DNA of 64,000 bases from Heterodontus francisci (lineage: Eukaryota): NCBI RefSeq assembly GCF_036365525.1, contig NC_090387.1:16072375-16136374 (forward strand), in the 5' to 3' direction. Made by a program: the position numbers and the translations under genes. The notes beneath the pieces were generated by a model that made no database searches, was not told the DNA's origin, and saw only the letters and a list, made by a program, of their open reading frames with translations. Positions 12,603 through 26,047 of the stretch are shown one piece after another (positions within the stretch are counted from its first letter, which is position 1; every line of letters starts with the position of its first letter).

Positions 12603-13042
12603 CACTGTGGTTCAGCTTTTGTCTGTAAAGCATAATGTCATTGGTTCAAGTGCCACTCCAGGACTGAAGTGCAAAAATCACTGCTGACAGTCTAGTGCTG
12701 CACTATTGCAGGTGCTGCCTTTTGGATGATATGTTAAACTGAGGCTATACCCGCCCTCTCAGGTGACAGAACAGATCCCATGGCACTATTTCAAAGAAGA
12801 GTTGTTGAGTTATTCCTGTGTCCTGGCCAATATTCGTCCCGCAATCAACAATACAAAAATGGATTATCTGGACATTATCAAATTGCTGTTTGTGGGAACT
12901 TGCTGTACACAAATTGGTTGCTGTGTTTCCTACATTGCAACAGTGGCTAAACTTCAAAAGTACTTCATTGGCTGTAAAGCGCTTTGAGAGGTCTGGTGGT
13001 CGTGAAAAGTGCTATATAAATGCAAGTCTTTATTTCTTTCTT
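12603..13042 (+). mobile_element. SacSINE1-like Deu-domain SINE
   Basis: tRNA-like head (B box GGTTCAAGTGCC), Deu-like core 'gatcccatggcactatttcaaagaagag...cctggccaatatt', L2-type tail 'gtgctatataaatgcaagtc'. Confidence 0.75.
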
Positions 13043-13372
13043 TGTAGAGGTTGTGGGTTTGGGAGGTGCTGTAAAGGTTCTGCAGTGCACCTTGAAGATG
13101 ATACACACTGCAGCCATGGTGAGCCAGTAGTGGAGGGAGTAAATATTTAAGGTGGTGGATGAGGGTCGATCAAGCGAGCTGCTTTATCTTGGATGGTGTT
13201 GAGCTTCTTGAGTGTTGTTGGAACTGCATTTATCCAGGTGAGTGGAGAGCATTCCATCACACTCCTGACTTGTGCCGTGTAGATGGTGGACAGACTTTGG
13301 GGAATGAGGAGGTGAGACACTCCCTGCAGAATTCCCAGCCTCTGGCCTGCTCTTGTAGCTACAGTATTTATA

Positions 13373-13683
13373 TATTTTTTTTATTTAGAGATACAGCACT
13401 GAAACAGGCCCTTCGGCCCACCGAGTCTGTGCCGACCAAGAACCTCCCATTTATACTAACCCTACAGTAATCCCATATTCCCTATCACCTACCTACACTA
13501 GGGGAAATTTACAATGGCCAATTTACCTATCACCTGCAAGTCTTTGGGGGTGGGAGGAAACCGGAGCACCCGGCGAAAACCCACGCAGTCACAGGGAGAA
13601 CTTGCAAACTCCACACAGACAGTACCCAGAATTGAACCCAGGTCCCTGGAGCTGTGAGGCTGCGGTGCTAACCACGGCGCCAC
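13373..13683 (-). mobile_element. HE1-like tRNA-derived SINE
   Basis: A box GTGGTTAG and B box GGTTCAATTC on the minus strand, CR1-type 3' tail and A-rich end. Highly similar to 37113-37416 and 58723-59078. Confidence 0.85.
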
Positions 13684-14659
13684 TGGCAGGTCCAGTTAGG
13701 TTTCTGGTCAATGGTAACCCTCAGAATGTTGATGGTGGGGGATTCAATGACGATAATTCCATTGAATGTCAAAGAGATTCCCTTGTTCTTTATTCAATCC
13801 CCAGTCTATGCAGAGTTAGCTGATAAATTTCATAGAATCATAGAGTCTGATAACAAAGAAGGAGACCATTTGGCCCATTATGTCAGTACCAGCTCTTTGA
13901 AAGAGCTATCAATACTTTGCCCATAGTCCTGCAAATTTTTCCTTTCCAAATGTATCTATCCAAGTTGGGTCAATTTAGCCTCAGGCTTCTCCTGAAACCA
14001 CATCTTCATTTTCTGATAAGAAAACAACAATTTTCCTAATTTCTCAGCCTGAAGTGAAGTTACGTTAAGCGATTGCAAGCTACTGCATTATAAAAATGAC
14101 TGACGCAGCTCCACCCTTCTGCACTCGTCACCTGACATCTTTGATCTAGATGGGCTGAGTGGTAAATGAGACAGATTATTACAGATAAACTTAAAAGGAC
14201 CCCTCTGTACTACAAATGAACTCTACGTTAAAAGCTCTATGTTGTTCAGGAATTTGTAGCTTGCAAGCCACAGTTTCCTGTTTATTAAAACAAAATCGCT
14301 CTATGATGACATGATTTCCGACACAACAAGCTGTGTGGAAATTTAAAACATGGGGGAATCAGTCAAATACACCAGAAGCTTTACGGTAAGAACTGTTCCG
14401 ACAGTAGGGAGAGAACATATGAGAGTGAGAGCTATGGATCATCAAAATATTGCACATAAGGCAACACCTTGAATTCATGTGCTACTGTATCTTTAAAGAG
14501 GGATTCTTATCATTATCATTCATTTTAAACAGAGAGGGTAGGTTTTAGCTTTCTGTGATAAGTTAGATGATATCAAGTTGGCAGTCCAATTTACAACTCT
14601 CTCGATTTTTATTTCCAATAACTTCAAGAATGACTTCACGCTATTGCGTAAAACTGAAA

Positions 14660-17610
14660 CGTGGTTGGCTCTTAACTGCCCTCTGAAATGACCTATCAAG
14701 TCATTCAGTTGTATCAAACTGCTACAGGAAAGTCAAATAAGAATAAAACTGGATGGACCCAACCAGCATTGACCGAGGCACCGGAAACAGCAAAGGCGCT
14801 CCCTGCAAAGTCCTCCTCACAAACATCTGAAAACTTGTGCCAAAATTCGAAGAGCCAACCCCAGACTAGTCAAGCAACAGCCTGACATAGTCATACTCAC
14901 GGAATCACACCATACAGCCAATGTCCCAGACTCTTCCATCACTATCCCTGGGTATGTCCTGTCCCACGGGCAGGACAGACTCACCAGAGATAGCAGCACA
15001 GTGGTCTACAGTCGGGAGGGGGTAGCCCTGAGAAACCTCAACATTGAATACAAACCCCATGAAGTCTCATGGCATCAGGTCAAACGTGGGTAAGGAAACC
15101 TCCTACTGATTACCACCTTCCGCCCTCCCTCAACTGATGAATCAGTGCTCCTCCATGTTCAACACCACTTGGAAAAAGCACTGAGGGTAGCAAGGACACA
15201 ACATGTACCCTGGGTGAGGAACTTCAATGTCCATCACCAAGAGTAGCTCAGTAACACCATCACTGACCGAGCCCTGAAGGACATATCTGCCAGACTGGAC
15301 CTGCAGTTGTCTCACCTGCTGGTGAGACAACATATATGGGAAAAACCTACTTGACCTCGTCCTCACCAATCTAACTGACAGTATTGGTAGGAGTGACCAC
15401 CGCACAGAGTTTATGAAGACAAAGTCCCATCTTCACACTGTGGACACCCTACATCATGTTGTGTGTCACTCCCACCATGCTAAATGACTCAGAACAGATC
15501 TAGCAACTGAAAACTGGGCATCCATGAGGCAATGTGGTCATCATCAGCAGCAGAATTGTATTCAACCACAATCTGTAACCTTATAGCCTGACATATCCCT
15601 CACTCTACCATTATTATCAAGCTAAGGGACTAACACAAGTTCAATGAGGAGTGTAGGAGAGCATGCCAGGAGCAGCACCAGGCATAACTAAAAATGAGGT
15701 GCCAAGCTCGTGAAGCTACAACACAGGAATACATGCATGCTACAAACTGAGCTTAGCAATCCCACATCTAACGGATCAGATCAAAGCTCTGCAGTGCTAC
15801 CACATCCAGTCATGAATGGTGGTGGACAATTACACAACTAACCAGAGGAGCAGGCTGCAAAAACATCCCCATCCTCAGTGATGGGGGAGCCCAGCACATC
15901 AGTGCAAAAGACAAGGCTGAAGCATTTACATCCATCTTCAGCCAGAAGTGCTGAGTGGATGATCTATCTCATTCTACTCCAGAGATCCCCACCATCATTG
16001 ATGCCAGTCTTCAGACAATTCAATTCATTCCACGTGAAATCAAGAAATGGCTGAAGGCACTGGATACAGCAAAGGCAATGGGCCTTAACAACATTACAGC
16101 TGTAGTACTGAAAACTTGCATTCCAGAACTAGCTGTGCCCTTAGCCAAGCTGTTCCAGTACAGCTACAACACAGACACCTACCTGACAATGTGGAAAATT
16201 GCCAAGATAGGTCCTGTACACAAAAAGCAGGATAAATCCAATGCAGCCAATTAATGCCCCATCAATCTCCTCTCAATCATTAGCAAAGTGATTGAAGGTG
16301 TTATCGACAGTGCTATCAAGCAGCATTTAATCAGCAACAACCTGCTTACCGATGCTCAGTTTGTGTTCTGCTAGGGCCATTCGGCTCCAGACCTCATTAC
16401 AGCTTTGGTCCAAACATGGACAAAAGAGCTGAACTCCAAATGTGAGGTGACAGTGATTGTCCTTGACATCAAGGTGTCATTTGGCCAAGTGTGGCATCAA
16501 GGAGCCCTCGCAAAATTGAAGTCAATGGGAATCAGGGGGAAAACTCTCCACAGATTGGAAACATACCTAGCAAAAAGAAAGATGGTTATGGTTATTGGAG
16601 GCCAATCATCTCAGCCGCAATACATCGCTACAGCGGTTCCACAGGATAGTGTCCTAGGCCCAACCATCTTCAGCTGCTTCATCAATGACCTTTCCTCCAA
16701 CATAAGGTCAGAAGTGGGGATGATTACACAGTGTTCAATACCATTCACAACTCCTCAGATACTAAAGCAGTCCATGCCCACATGCAGCAAGACCTGCACA
16801 ACATTCCGGTTTGGGCTGATAAGTGGCAAGAGATATTCATACCACAGAAGTGCCACACAATGACCATCTCCAAAAAGAGAGAATCTAACCATTTCACCGT
16901 GACATTCAATGGCATTACCATCGCTGAATCCCTCACTATCAACATCCTAGGGGTTACCATTGACCAGAAACTTAACTGGACCAGCCATATAAATACTCTG
17001 GCTACAGGAACAGCTGTGAATTCTGTGGCGAGTAACTCACCTCCTGATTCCCAAAGTCTGACCACCATCTACAAGGCACGTCAGGAGTGTGATGGAATAC
17101 TCTCCTCTTGCCTGGATGAGTGCAGCTCCAACAACACTCAAAAAGCTTGACACCATCCAAGACAAAGCAGCCCTCTTGATCGGCACTCCATCTACCACTG
17201 TAAACATTCACTCCCTCCACCGCCGGTGCACAGTGGCAGCAGTGTGTACCATCTTCAAGATGCACTGCAGCAACTCACCAACGATCCTTTGACAGCATCT
17301 TCCAGACTTGCGATCTCTACCAGCTTGAAGGATAAGGGCAATATGCGCATGGGAACACCACAACCTGCAAGATCTCCTCCAAGTCACTCACCATCCTGAC
17401 TTGGAACTATATCGCCTTTCCTTCACCATCGCTGGATCAAAATCCTGGAACTCCTTCCCTAACAGCACTGTAGGTGAATCGACACCACATGAACTGCAGC
17501 GGTTCAAGAAGGCAGCTCACCACCACCTTCTCAAGGACAATTAGGGATGTGCAATAAATGCTGGCCTTGCCAGCAACACCCACATCCTAAGAACAAATAA
17601 ATTATAAAAA
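14660..17610 (+). mobile_element. CR1 family B LINE, near full-length ORF2 (APE + RT), decayed
   Basis: APE remnants (YVLSHGQDR, FNVHH, SDH) and RT remnants (ALDTAKAMG, LDIK-F-QVWHQG, PQDSVLGPTIFSCFINDL). 3' UTR and A-rich tail at about 17600. Many stops and frameshifts. Confidence 0.9.
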
Positions 17611-18339
17611 AATACAGAGTCTCACCCACAGGGCCCTTTTAAAGATGTAGTTTTGCTATCAGGATCCCTTATAAAGAGAGAGTCTTGCTGTCAGGATCCA
17701 TTAACTAGTTAATCATTAATTTTTATATTAATCGTTTATTTCTGTCCTGTTTTGTTCTTTATTAAAGACTTTTGTTCTCATGGTTAACACTGATGACATC
17801 ACTGACAGAGGTGGCCAAGACTGACATCAGTAGACGCAGGCATTAATTGAGGGTACTTTTGATAATCATGTCACTTCCACTGTATGAATAACTGTCACCT
17901 ATCACCCGGCTCAGTAACTTCTTCCAGCAAGCTCTTTTGTTGACATCATCATCACTTACAGTTTGAACAATGGGTGAAAATCAACAAGAAATACACAAGC
18001 AAAAGAAAGTGTTGACTACTCCGAGTTCATTCTGAGAAGCTTCTTTTCTCCACTTTTAACCATCTCCTTAAACCCCTCTGCCCTGTCCCCTCACCCCCAA
18101 CAAGTATGAGGAGCTAATGGACCTCTTTGTCACCAAGGTGCATTGGTTTCAACTCTCTCGGTTGTATCCACCCAATCTCCTCGCCCACCAAGCCAAACCT
18201 CTTCCAAATTTGTAATAGGTGAAACTTGGTGAGACTCCTTTTTTAAGGAGAAACTGAGGGGAAGACACCTTCTTTAAATGAAGATGTTAATGAGACTTGT
18301 TTAAAAGGGGGCACAAATAGTAAGGGGGTGCTGTTGAAA

Positions 18340-18652
18340 ATAAAAAGAAAGACTTGCATTTGATAGAGAAATGAAAAAAGTCCCACTGCCCGGTTGAGGG
18401 ATAAATATTGGCCAAGACATTGGGGATAATTCCCCTGCTCATCTTCAAAATAGTGCTATGGGATGTTTTACATCCACCTGAGAGTGCAGGGTCTCAGTTT
18501 AACATCTCACCTCAAAAGTGGCACCTCCGATAATGTAGCCTCTCTACTGTATTGAAGTGTCAGCTTAGAATGTTGTGCTTAAGTCTCTGCAGTGGGACTA
18601 TGAACCCACAGTGTTCTGACTCAGAGACAGAAGTGCTACCCACTGAGCCACA
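18340..18652 (-). mobile_element. SacSINE1-like Deu SINE (internally deleted)
   Basis: Reverse complement of the head ('gtggctcagtgggtagcac') and Deu core seen at 12603-13042. Confidence 0.7.
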
Positions 18653-19304
18653 ACTGTTATTACCATGTCAACTTTACTGTTAGCGCCAAAATCTGTACAT
18701 ATCAGTATGTTTTTTGTAAATGGTTCCCAGCCTGCAAATCAAAAATCTCTGAAATCATACAACGCTTTATCAATTTTGTTTTTTATTTAATCATATTAGG
18801 AAACTTTCTACCAAGGTTAACTCTTTGAGGCATGCTGCATTATTTTGACCATTTGTTCAAAGCCTAGATTCAATTTTTCCATTTCCTTTCGATGTTATCC
18901 TAAATTCCAGGCTTCTACATTTTATTTCTAGTCAATTCCAATGATACTTTTTTTTACCAGAAACAAAAAAGAAGCAATGGAAAAAAATTGTCTCACAGAT
19001 AAGGAGGAGGAGCAAAGAATGGTCATCAATTAGTTAACAATAATTTCTGATGATCTTGTTTTAAATACCAGCCCACATGAATTGAGCAATAATGGACACA
19101 CGTAAGAACAGTCATCTCCAGACTCAGCAACAGTCTGACATATTTCAAGGTCAAATCTGACAGGCCTCCAGGTTAGCCTCAATTTCACCGTACATTGCAC
19201 ATCCAGTCATTTAGCATTTAATCCCATTGGAATGATTGCCGCATCTCAGCTCCCTTTCATTTGTCTCAGTATTTTCTATTGCAAATGGGCCAACACAGGA
19301 AATT

Positions 19305-20035
19305 TTAAAAATTCTTTCTCAATATATCAGCGTCCTCAGTTGTCCTTGAGGTGTTCGTGGTGGGTCTTCTTCTTGCAATCTGTGTGGTGAAGGTACTCTC
19401 ACAGGGCTGTTAGGTGGGGCATTCCAGGATTTTGATCCAGCGATAAGGAAACTAACAGCAATATATTTCCAGATAGGATGATGTGTGACTTGGAGGGGAA
19501 CTTGGAGATGATGGTGTTTTCATGCACCTGGTGCCCTTGTTCTTCTAAGTGGTGCAGGTCATGGGGTTGGGAAGTGCTGCCAATGGAGCCTTGGTGAGTT
19601 GTCACAGCGCATCCTGTAGATAGTACATACTGCAGCCATGGTACTCCAGTGGTCAAGGGAGTGGATGTTGAAGCTAGTGGATGGAGTGCCAATCAAGCTG
19701 ACTGCTGAGTCCTGAATGGTGTTGAGATTCTTGAATGTCATTGCATCTGTACCCATCCAGGCAAGAGGAGAGTACTCCATCACAGTCCTGACTTACGTCC
19801 GGTAGATGGGAGAGAGACTGCAGGGAGTCAGGAGTTAAGGCACTCACTGCAGAATACCCAGTCTCTGATTTGCTCCAGTAGCCAAGGCATTTATTTTTTT
19901 AAAATTTTAATTCATTCTTGGGATGTGGACATCACTAGTAAGCCATTGAGAAGGTGGGTCACCTTCAAGAACTGCTGCAGTCCATATAGTGATGGTGTTC
20001 CCACAGTGCTGTTAGGTAGGGCGTTCCAGGATTTT
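19305..20035 (-). mobile_element. CR1 family B 3' fragments (two adjacent pieces)
   Basis: ORF 19559-19783 (MEYSPLAWMG...QDSAVSLIG). The 3' UTR occurs twice (about 19305 and about 19890). Confidence 0.8.
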
Positions 20036-20284
20036 GCTCTGGAACTGCTCTGTGTCTGGTCCAGTTGAGTTCCTGTTATGGAATTATGGAAGGGAAAGAA
20101 AGAACTTGCATTTGCATAATGCCTTTAACGTCACCAGGATGCCCCAATATGTTTCACAGCCAAGGAAGTACTTTTTGTTTGGAAGTATAATCAATGTTGG
20201 AGTGTCACCAACAGCTTTCAAAGTTGAGTACATCACCTTCATCAGGTGAGTAAGTGAGATTGTTACAATAAGTTTCAATAACTC

Positions 20285-20565
20285 TGAGCTAGGGAGGTGA
20301 CAATCGACCATGGTTTTCTACTCCTGATTGCTGTCAGTAGACTTCTGTTGGGGAGTGAGTGTGTTTCAGTGAAGAGAGAGATAGACAGAGACAGAGGGCA
20401 GGAACACACTCAGCTATTACACCCTTGATGGTTGGAAAGCCTACTGGCATTCACTGTCTGTGTTCACATATGAGGAATGATACCGTGGGCGATGATCAAA
20501 GGGCAATTGATGCCCACGGAACTGTACCTGAGCATGAGGTCAGCATTTCTTAGAGGAGGGTAGGA
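20285..20565 (+). repeat. Ancient SINE-like repeat, same family as 6345-6680
   Basis: Shared core 'gatggttggaaagcctactggcattc...ttcacatatgagg'. Confidence 0.45.
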
Positions 20566-21057
20566 TGAAATGGAGGGACGGGTCTGTATTAATATAGAAA
20601 TAAGAGTGTCACACACAATTCAATTTAGTTAAAGCATGAGAAAGGCACAGATGATGTGGAATTCTATCTGTGTGCATAACAAGTGGCACAATCCCTTAAG
20701 ATCTGCGTCACAAATGATTTCTACCCTGAATTTACATTGCACTGTGCTTTCTTAAACAAAGGTTTTAAGGGACCACTGAGTCCAACTGATCACTGATAGA
20801 AATTCACAGGCGGGCCCTATACTAACATTCAGAGTCAGGCCCTATTTATGCAAAACTATTAAATACTGTCCACTCACAAAATTAGCTGAACAAAGCTTCC
20901 TGGTACTGAAAGGCAACAAGCAAATCTTGTATGGCATCTTGCTTGTAGATTGGGTGTACTGCGTGATAGCTTATGTTGAATGATTCCAAGTAGGCATTTG
21001 AGAAAAACTGTTAGCTTTCTAATTACATCCAAAATCCTCCTCAATTTATTTGTTTGT

Positions 21058-21126
21058 TTATACATATGTGTGTGTGTGTTTATATGTATATACATGTGTA
21101 TATGTATGTATATGTGTGTGTGTGTG
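21058..21126. repeat. (TG)n/(TA)n compound microsatellite
   Basis: Directly visible dinucleotide runs. Confidence 0.9.
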
Positions 21127-21579
21127 AGGGTATTTATGGTCTAAGAGAGCAAATACCTTTCTTTCTCTCCTGTTTTTTTGCCATTCCTGGATCATGAATC
21201 TCCGACAACCAGGACTCAGATAATCTATTCCAATCTGCTGTCAATTTCTCTCTGGGCCAAACATGACAGTCTGCAAGAGCATTTCAGTGTGAATCTTCAC
21301 CCATTCACTGCCTCCACTCACCAGCTGCCTTTATGCCAGCACTGAGATAGGGAATTCAATGCAATAGAAGATGTTGAGCCAAGTTTCTTGCAGCGTAAAA
21401 AATATTGTAGGCTTGAAATTTTCGCTTAGAATGTAGGGAAGGCTAGATTTAATGCCCATTCCTAGCAAAAAGACAATTTGTGTACAGCCAGATCCCACAA
21501 ACAACAATGAAATAATGACCAGGCAATCTAATTTTAGCAATATTGGTTGAGGATGAATATTGCCCAGTACAACATGTAC

Positions 21580-22875
21580 TATTTGTCCACAGAAAGCAGG
21601 ACAAATCCAATGCAGTCAATTACCGCCCAATCAGTCTACTCTCGATCAGCAGCAAAGCGATAGAAGGGGTCGCCAAGTGTGCTATCAAGCGGCACTTGCT
21701 CAGCAATAGCCTGTGCCCTTGACATCAAGGCAGTGTTTGACTAAGGACATCAAGGATCCCTAGCAAAACTGGAGCCAATGGAAATCAGGGGGGAAACTCT
21801 CCGCTGGTCAGAGTCATACCTAGCACAAAGGAACTTGGTTGTGGTTGTTGGAGGTTATTCATCTCAGTCCCAGGACATCACTGCAGGAGTTTATCAGGGT
21901 AGTGCCCTAGGTCCAATCATCTTCAGCTGCTTCATCAATGACCATCCCACCATCATAAGGTCAGAAGTGGGGATGTTCACTGATGATTGCACAATGTTCA
22001 ACACCATTCGCAACTCCTCAGAATCTGAAGCAGTCTATGTCCATTTGCAGCAAGATCTGGGCAACATCCAGTCTTGGGTTGATAAGTGGCAAGTAACATT
22101 TGTGCCACACAAGTGCCAGGCAATGACCATCTCCAACAAGAGAGAATCTAACCATTTCCCTTTGATATTCAATGGAATTACAATCTCTGAATCCCCCACT
22201 ATCAACATCCTGGGGGTTACCATTGACCAGAAACTGAACTGGACCAGCCACATAAATACTGTGGCTACAAGGGGAGCTCAGGGGCTCGGAATTCTCTGGC
22301 GAGTAACTCACCTCCTGACTCCCCAAAGCCTGTCCACCAGCTACAAGGCACAAGTTAGGAGTGTGATGGAATACTCTCCACTTGCCTGGAAGGGTGCAAC
22401 TCCAACAACACTCAAGAAGCTCAACATCATCCAGGACAAAGCAGCTCACATGATTGATATCCCATGCACCAAAATCAACATTCACTCCCTTTGCCACCAA
22501 TGCACAGTGGCAGGCGTGTGTTACATCTACAAGCTGCACTGCAGCAACTCACCAAGGGTCGTTTGACAGCACCTTCCAAACCCATGACCTTTACCACCTA
22601 GAAGGACAAGGGTAGCAGTTGCATGGGAAAACCACCACCTGCAAGTTCCCTCCAAGCCGCAAACTATCCTGACTTGGAACTATATCGCCGTTCCTTCACT
22701 GTTGCTGGGTCAGAATCCTGGAACTCCCTTCCTAACAATACTGTTTGTGTCCACACCCCAAGGACTGCAGCAGTTCAAGAAGGCAACCAACCATCACCTT
22801 CTCAAGGGCAACTGGGATAGACAATAAATGCTGGCCTAGCCAGTGACACTCATATTCCATAAATGAATTAAAAAA
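21580..22875 (+). mobile_element. CR1 family B LINE 3' part with a 262-aa RT/C-terminal ORF (21778-22566)
   Basis: QDITAGVYQGSALGPIIFSCFIND, MFTDDCT, WQVTFVPHKCQ, YKAQVRSVMEYS, followed by the 3' UTR and A tail. Confidence 0.9.
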
Positions 22876-22879
22876 CACA

Positions 22880-23100
22880 GCAAGAACTCCCCTGCTCTCC
22901 CTCACAATGGTGACATGGGATCTTTTACACCCACCTGAAAGGGAAGACAGAACCTCAGCTTAATGTCTCATCCAAAAGACAGTAGTACTCCCTTAGTACT
23001 GCACTGGAGCATCAGCTCAGGTTATATGCTGAAGTCTCTGGAGTAAGACTTCAACCCAAAACCTTCTGATGCAACAGTGAGTGTGCTACCAGAGCTAAGT
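22880..23100 (-). mobile_element. SacSINE1-like SINE 5' half
   Basis: Deu core and tRNA head on the minus strand. Confidence 0.65.
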
Positions 23101-23179
23101 CTGACTCCTATTCAGGATACTCAGATTGAAAGATTTGATGTGACAAGGTGTTATTATATCAGCAAATTTAATAGATTCT

Positions 23180-23770
23180 GCTTGTGATCCCTTCATCAAG
23201 GTCATAAATACAATAGGGCCCAGACTGACCCTTATGGGACTCCACCAGACACCACTGGCCAACTCAAATAATTATCATTTATAACCAACCTTCGTTTTCT
23301 ACAGTAAGAAGCATTTTCTATCCATCTTGCAACTTCTCTGTAATCCCTTGAGCCCTTCCTTTAGCTGTAAGGCTTTTGTGAGAGACCTTGTCAAAGGCTT
23401 GTGGAAGTCAAGATATCTAATATACTTTATCCACTAACCTCATTACACCCTGAAAAATTTCCAATAAATGTGTTAGGCTCGACTTCCTTTTCATGAACCA
23501 ATGTTGGCTTTTGTTTATTACCTTTGATCTTGATAGATGTTCCTGAATTGCATCCTTTATAATAGACCACTGTATTTCTTTCCCACTATTGATGTCAAGA
23601 TAACTAGCCAATAATACCCAGGGTCATGCCTCTGTACTTTCTGGAGGATTGGAATCGCATTAGCTATTTTCAAGTCTTCTGGTATTACTGATGTTTCCAA
23701 AGTACTCTGCAAGATTTATATTTTCCCCAGAGCACCTGCTATTTCCCTTTTACTGCCTTGCTCTCCACAT
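23180..23770 (-). mobile_element. Old CR1 RT fragment
   Basis: Minus-strand remnants SQHWFMKRKSSLTHLLEIF...VDKVY, D--KAFDKVSH-L and SGVP-GSVWAL. Confidence 0.7.
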
Positions 23771-24012
23771 TCTCCATGCCAAGGAACAAGTATAAACCTA
23801 ATCACACAGCCAACAAAGCCCAAATTGTACCAATTCAACAAAAACAAGTATTTCACCCAGCCACTTCAGACCCCTTTGGTTTGTTCAACAACCACTCGAA
23901 TTTACATAGCACCTTTAATGTAGTAACACGTGCTGAGTCGTTTCACAGGAGAGTTATCAAACAAAATTTGACACCCAAATTGGAAAGATACAAAGCAAAA
24001 TAAATAAATAAA

Positions 24013-25030
24013 CGGGTCTTTTTCCGAGTGGCAGGCACTGACTAGTGGGGTACCGCAGGGATCAGTGCTAGGACCCCAGCTATTCACAACATATATTAAT
24101 GATATAGATGAGGGAATTAAATGTAATATATGCAAGTCTGTAGATGACACAAAGCTGTGTGGGAGGGAGTGTGAGCTGTGAGGAGGATACAGAGAAGCTC
24201 CAATGTGATCTGGACAGGTTGAGTGAGTGAGCAAAATACATGGCAGGTGCAGTAGAATGTAGATAAATGTGAGGTTATCCACTTTGGTGGCAAAAACAGA
24301 AAGGCAGATTATCTGAAAGGCGATAGATTGTGAAAGGGGGAGGTGCAGCGAGACCTGGGTATCCTTGTGCACCAGTCGCTGAAAGTAAGCATGCAGGTGC
24401 AGCAGGCAGTTAAGAAGGCAAATGGTATGTTTGCCTTCATAGCAAGAGGATTCGAGTACAGGAGCAAGGATGTCTTGCTGCAATTATACAAGGCCTTGGT
24501 GAGACCACATCTGGAGTATTGTGTACAGTTTTGGTCTCCTTATCTGAGGAAGGATGTTCTTGCTATGGAGGGAGTGCAGCAAAGGTTCACCAGACTGATT
24601 CCTGGGATGGCAGGACTGACGTAGGAAGAAAGATTGGGTCGATTAGGCTTGTATTCGCTAGAGTTTAGAAGAATGAGAGGGGAGCTCATAGAAACCTACA
24701 AAATTCTAACAGGACTGGACAGACTAGATGCAGGAAGGATGTTCCCAATGCCAGGGGAGTCCAGGACCAGGGGTCACAGTCTAAGGATAAGGAGTAAGCC
24801 ACTTAGGACTGAGATGAGGAGGGATTTCTACACCCAGAGAGTGCTGAACCTGTGGAATTCACTACAACAGAAAGCAGTTGAGGCCAAATCATTAAATATA
24901 TTCAAGAAAGAGTTATATATAGTTCTTAGTGCTAAAGGGATCAAGGGATATGGGAGAAAGCAGGAACAGGTTACTGAGTTTGGATGATCAGCTGAATGGC
25001 CTACCCCTACTCCTATTTTTTCTATGTTTC
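24013..25030 (+). mobile_element. CR1 LINE (HER1-like, family A) 3' part
   Basis: SGVPQGSVLGP and ORFs 24343-24624 (QRDLG...YKALVRPHLEYCVQFWSP) and 24634-24987, followed by the 3' terminus. Confidence 0.9.
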
Positions 25031-25039
25031 TAAAAGGTG

Positions 25040-26047
25040 ATGAAGCAGATAGTAAGAACTACGAAAAGGGAGTATGAAACAAAACATGCAAGGGATATCA
25101 AAATCAACATAATTTTTTTTTACAATTACATGAGAAAAACGAGGGTGGTCATGATCAATATGGCCCTGTGAAAACTGATAATGGTGATTTTGTCGATGAA
25201 AATAAGGAAATGGCAGACATAGCAGAATGAACAGAAAAGTGGCAGATGGAATTTAGTATGGACAAGTGTGAGGTGATGCATTTTGGTAGAGGGATAGGGT
25301 GAGACAATATGGACTTAATGGCGCAGTCTAAAGAGTTTGCAGTAATCGAGGGATCTGGGGGTCCATCTGCATCAATCTTTGAAGGTGGTGGGACCTATTG
25401 AGAGTGTGATTAGCAAAACAGATGGGATCTTGGGCTTTATAAATAGAGGCATTGTGTACAAAGCAGGGAAGTTATGCTGAACCTTTATAAAGTTCTGGTT
25501 AGGCCCCAACTAGCGTATTGCGTTCAGTTCTGGTTTTCACGTGTTAGGAAGGATGTGAGGGTCCTTGAGAGGGTGCAGAGGAGATTTGCTAGAATGGGTC
25601 CAGGGATGTGGGAATATTAGTTACAAGGTTAGGTTGGAAAAGGTGGGGTTGTTCTCCCTGGAATAAAGGAGGTTGAGGGAAGATTTGATAGAGGAGTACA
25701 AGATGATGACAGGCTTAGATAGGTTAGACAAGGGAAAACTGTAAGCATTAACTGATGGTACAAGGACTAGGAGACACATAGTGAAGGTTTTGGGCATGAG
25801 ATACAGGGGGATATGAGAAAGAACTTTTTAATGCAGTGAGTGGTAATGACCTGGAACTTGCTGCCCACAGGGCAGTGGAGGCGGAGACAATCAATGATTT
25901 ATTGGGTGGCCACTTGAAGAAAATAAACTTGCAGGGCTACGATGATCGAGCAGGAGAGTGGGGTGACAGGGTTGCTCTGCAGAGAGCCAGCATGGACTTG
26001 ATGGGCCGAATGGCTTCCTTCTATGCCATATATGAGTCTATGACTCT
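25040..26047 (+). mobile_element. CR1 family A fragments (degraded)
   Basis: Linker remnant at about 25040-25220, then KWQMEF--DKCEVMHFG through to the 3' end. Confidence 0.8.

Larger units (their letters stand above)
12318..13785 (-). mobile_element. CR1 family B 3' fragment split by two nested SINEs
   Basis: Pieces at about 12318-12598, 13043-13372 and 13684-13785 are collinear with the uninterrupted copy at 42345-43285. Confidence 0.8.

Noticed and set aside
13600-13683. tRNA-like A/B boxes as tRNA genes (also about 37113 and 58723)
   Set aside because: They are SINE heads continuing into SINE bodies, with no complete cloverleaf.
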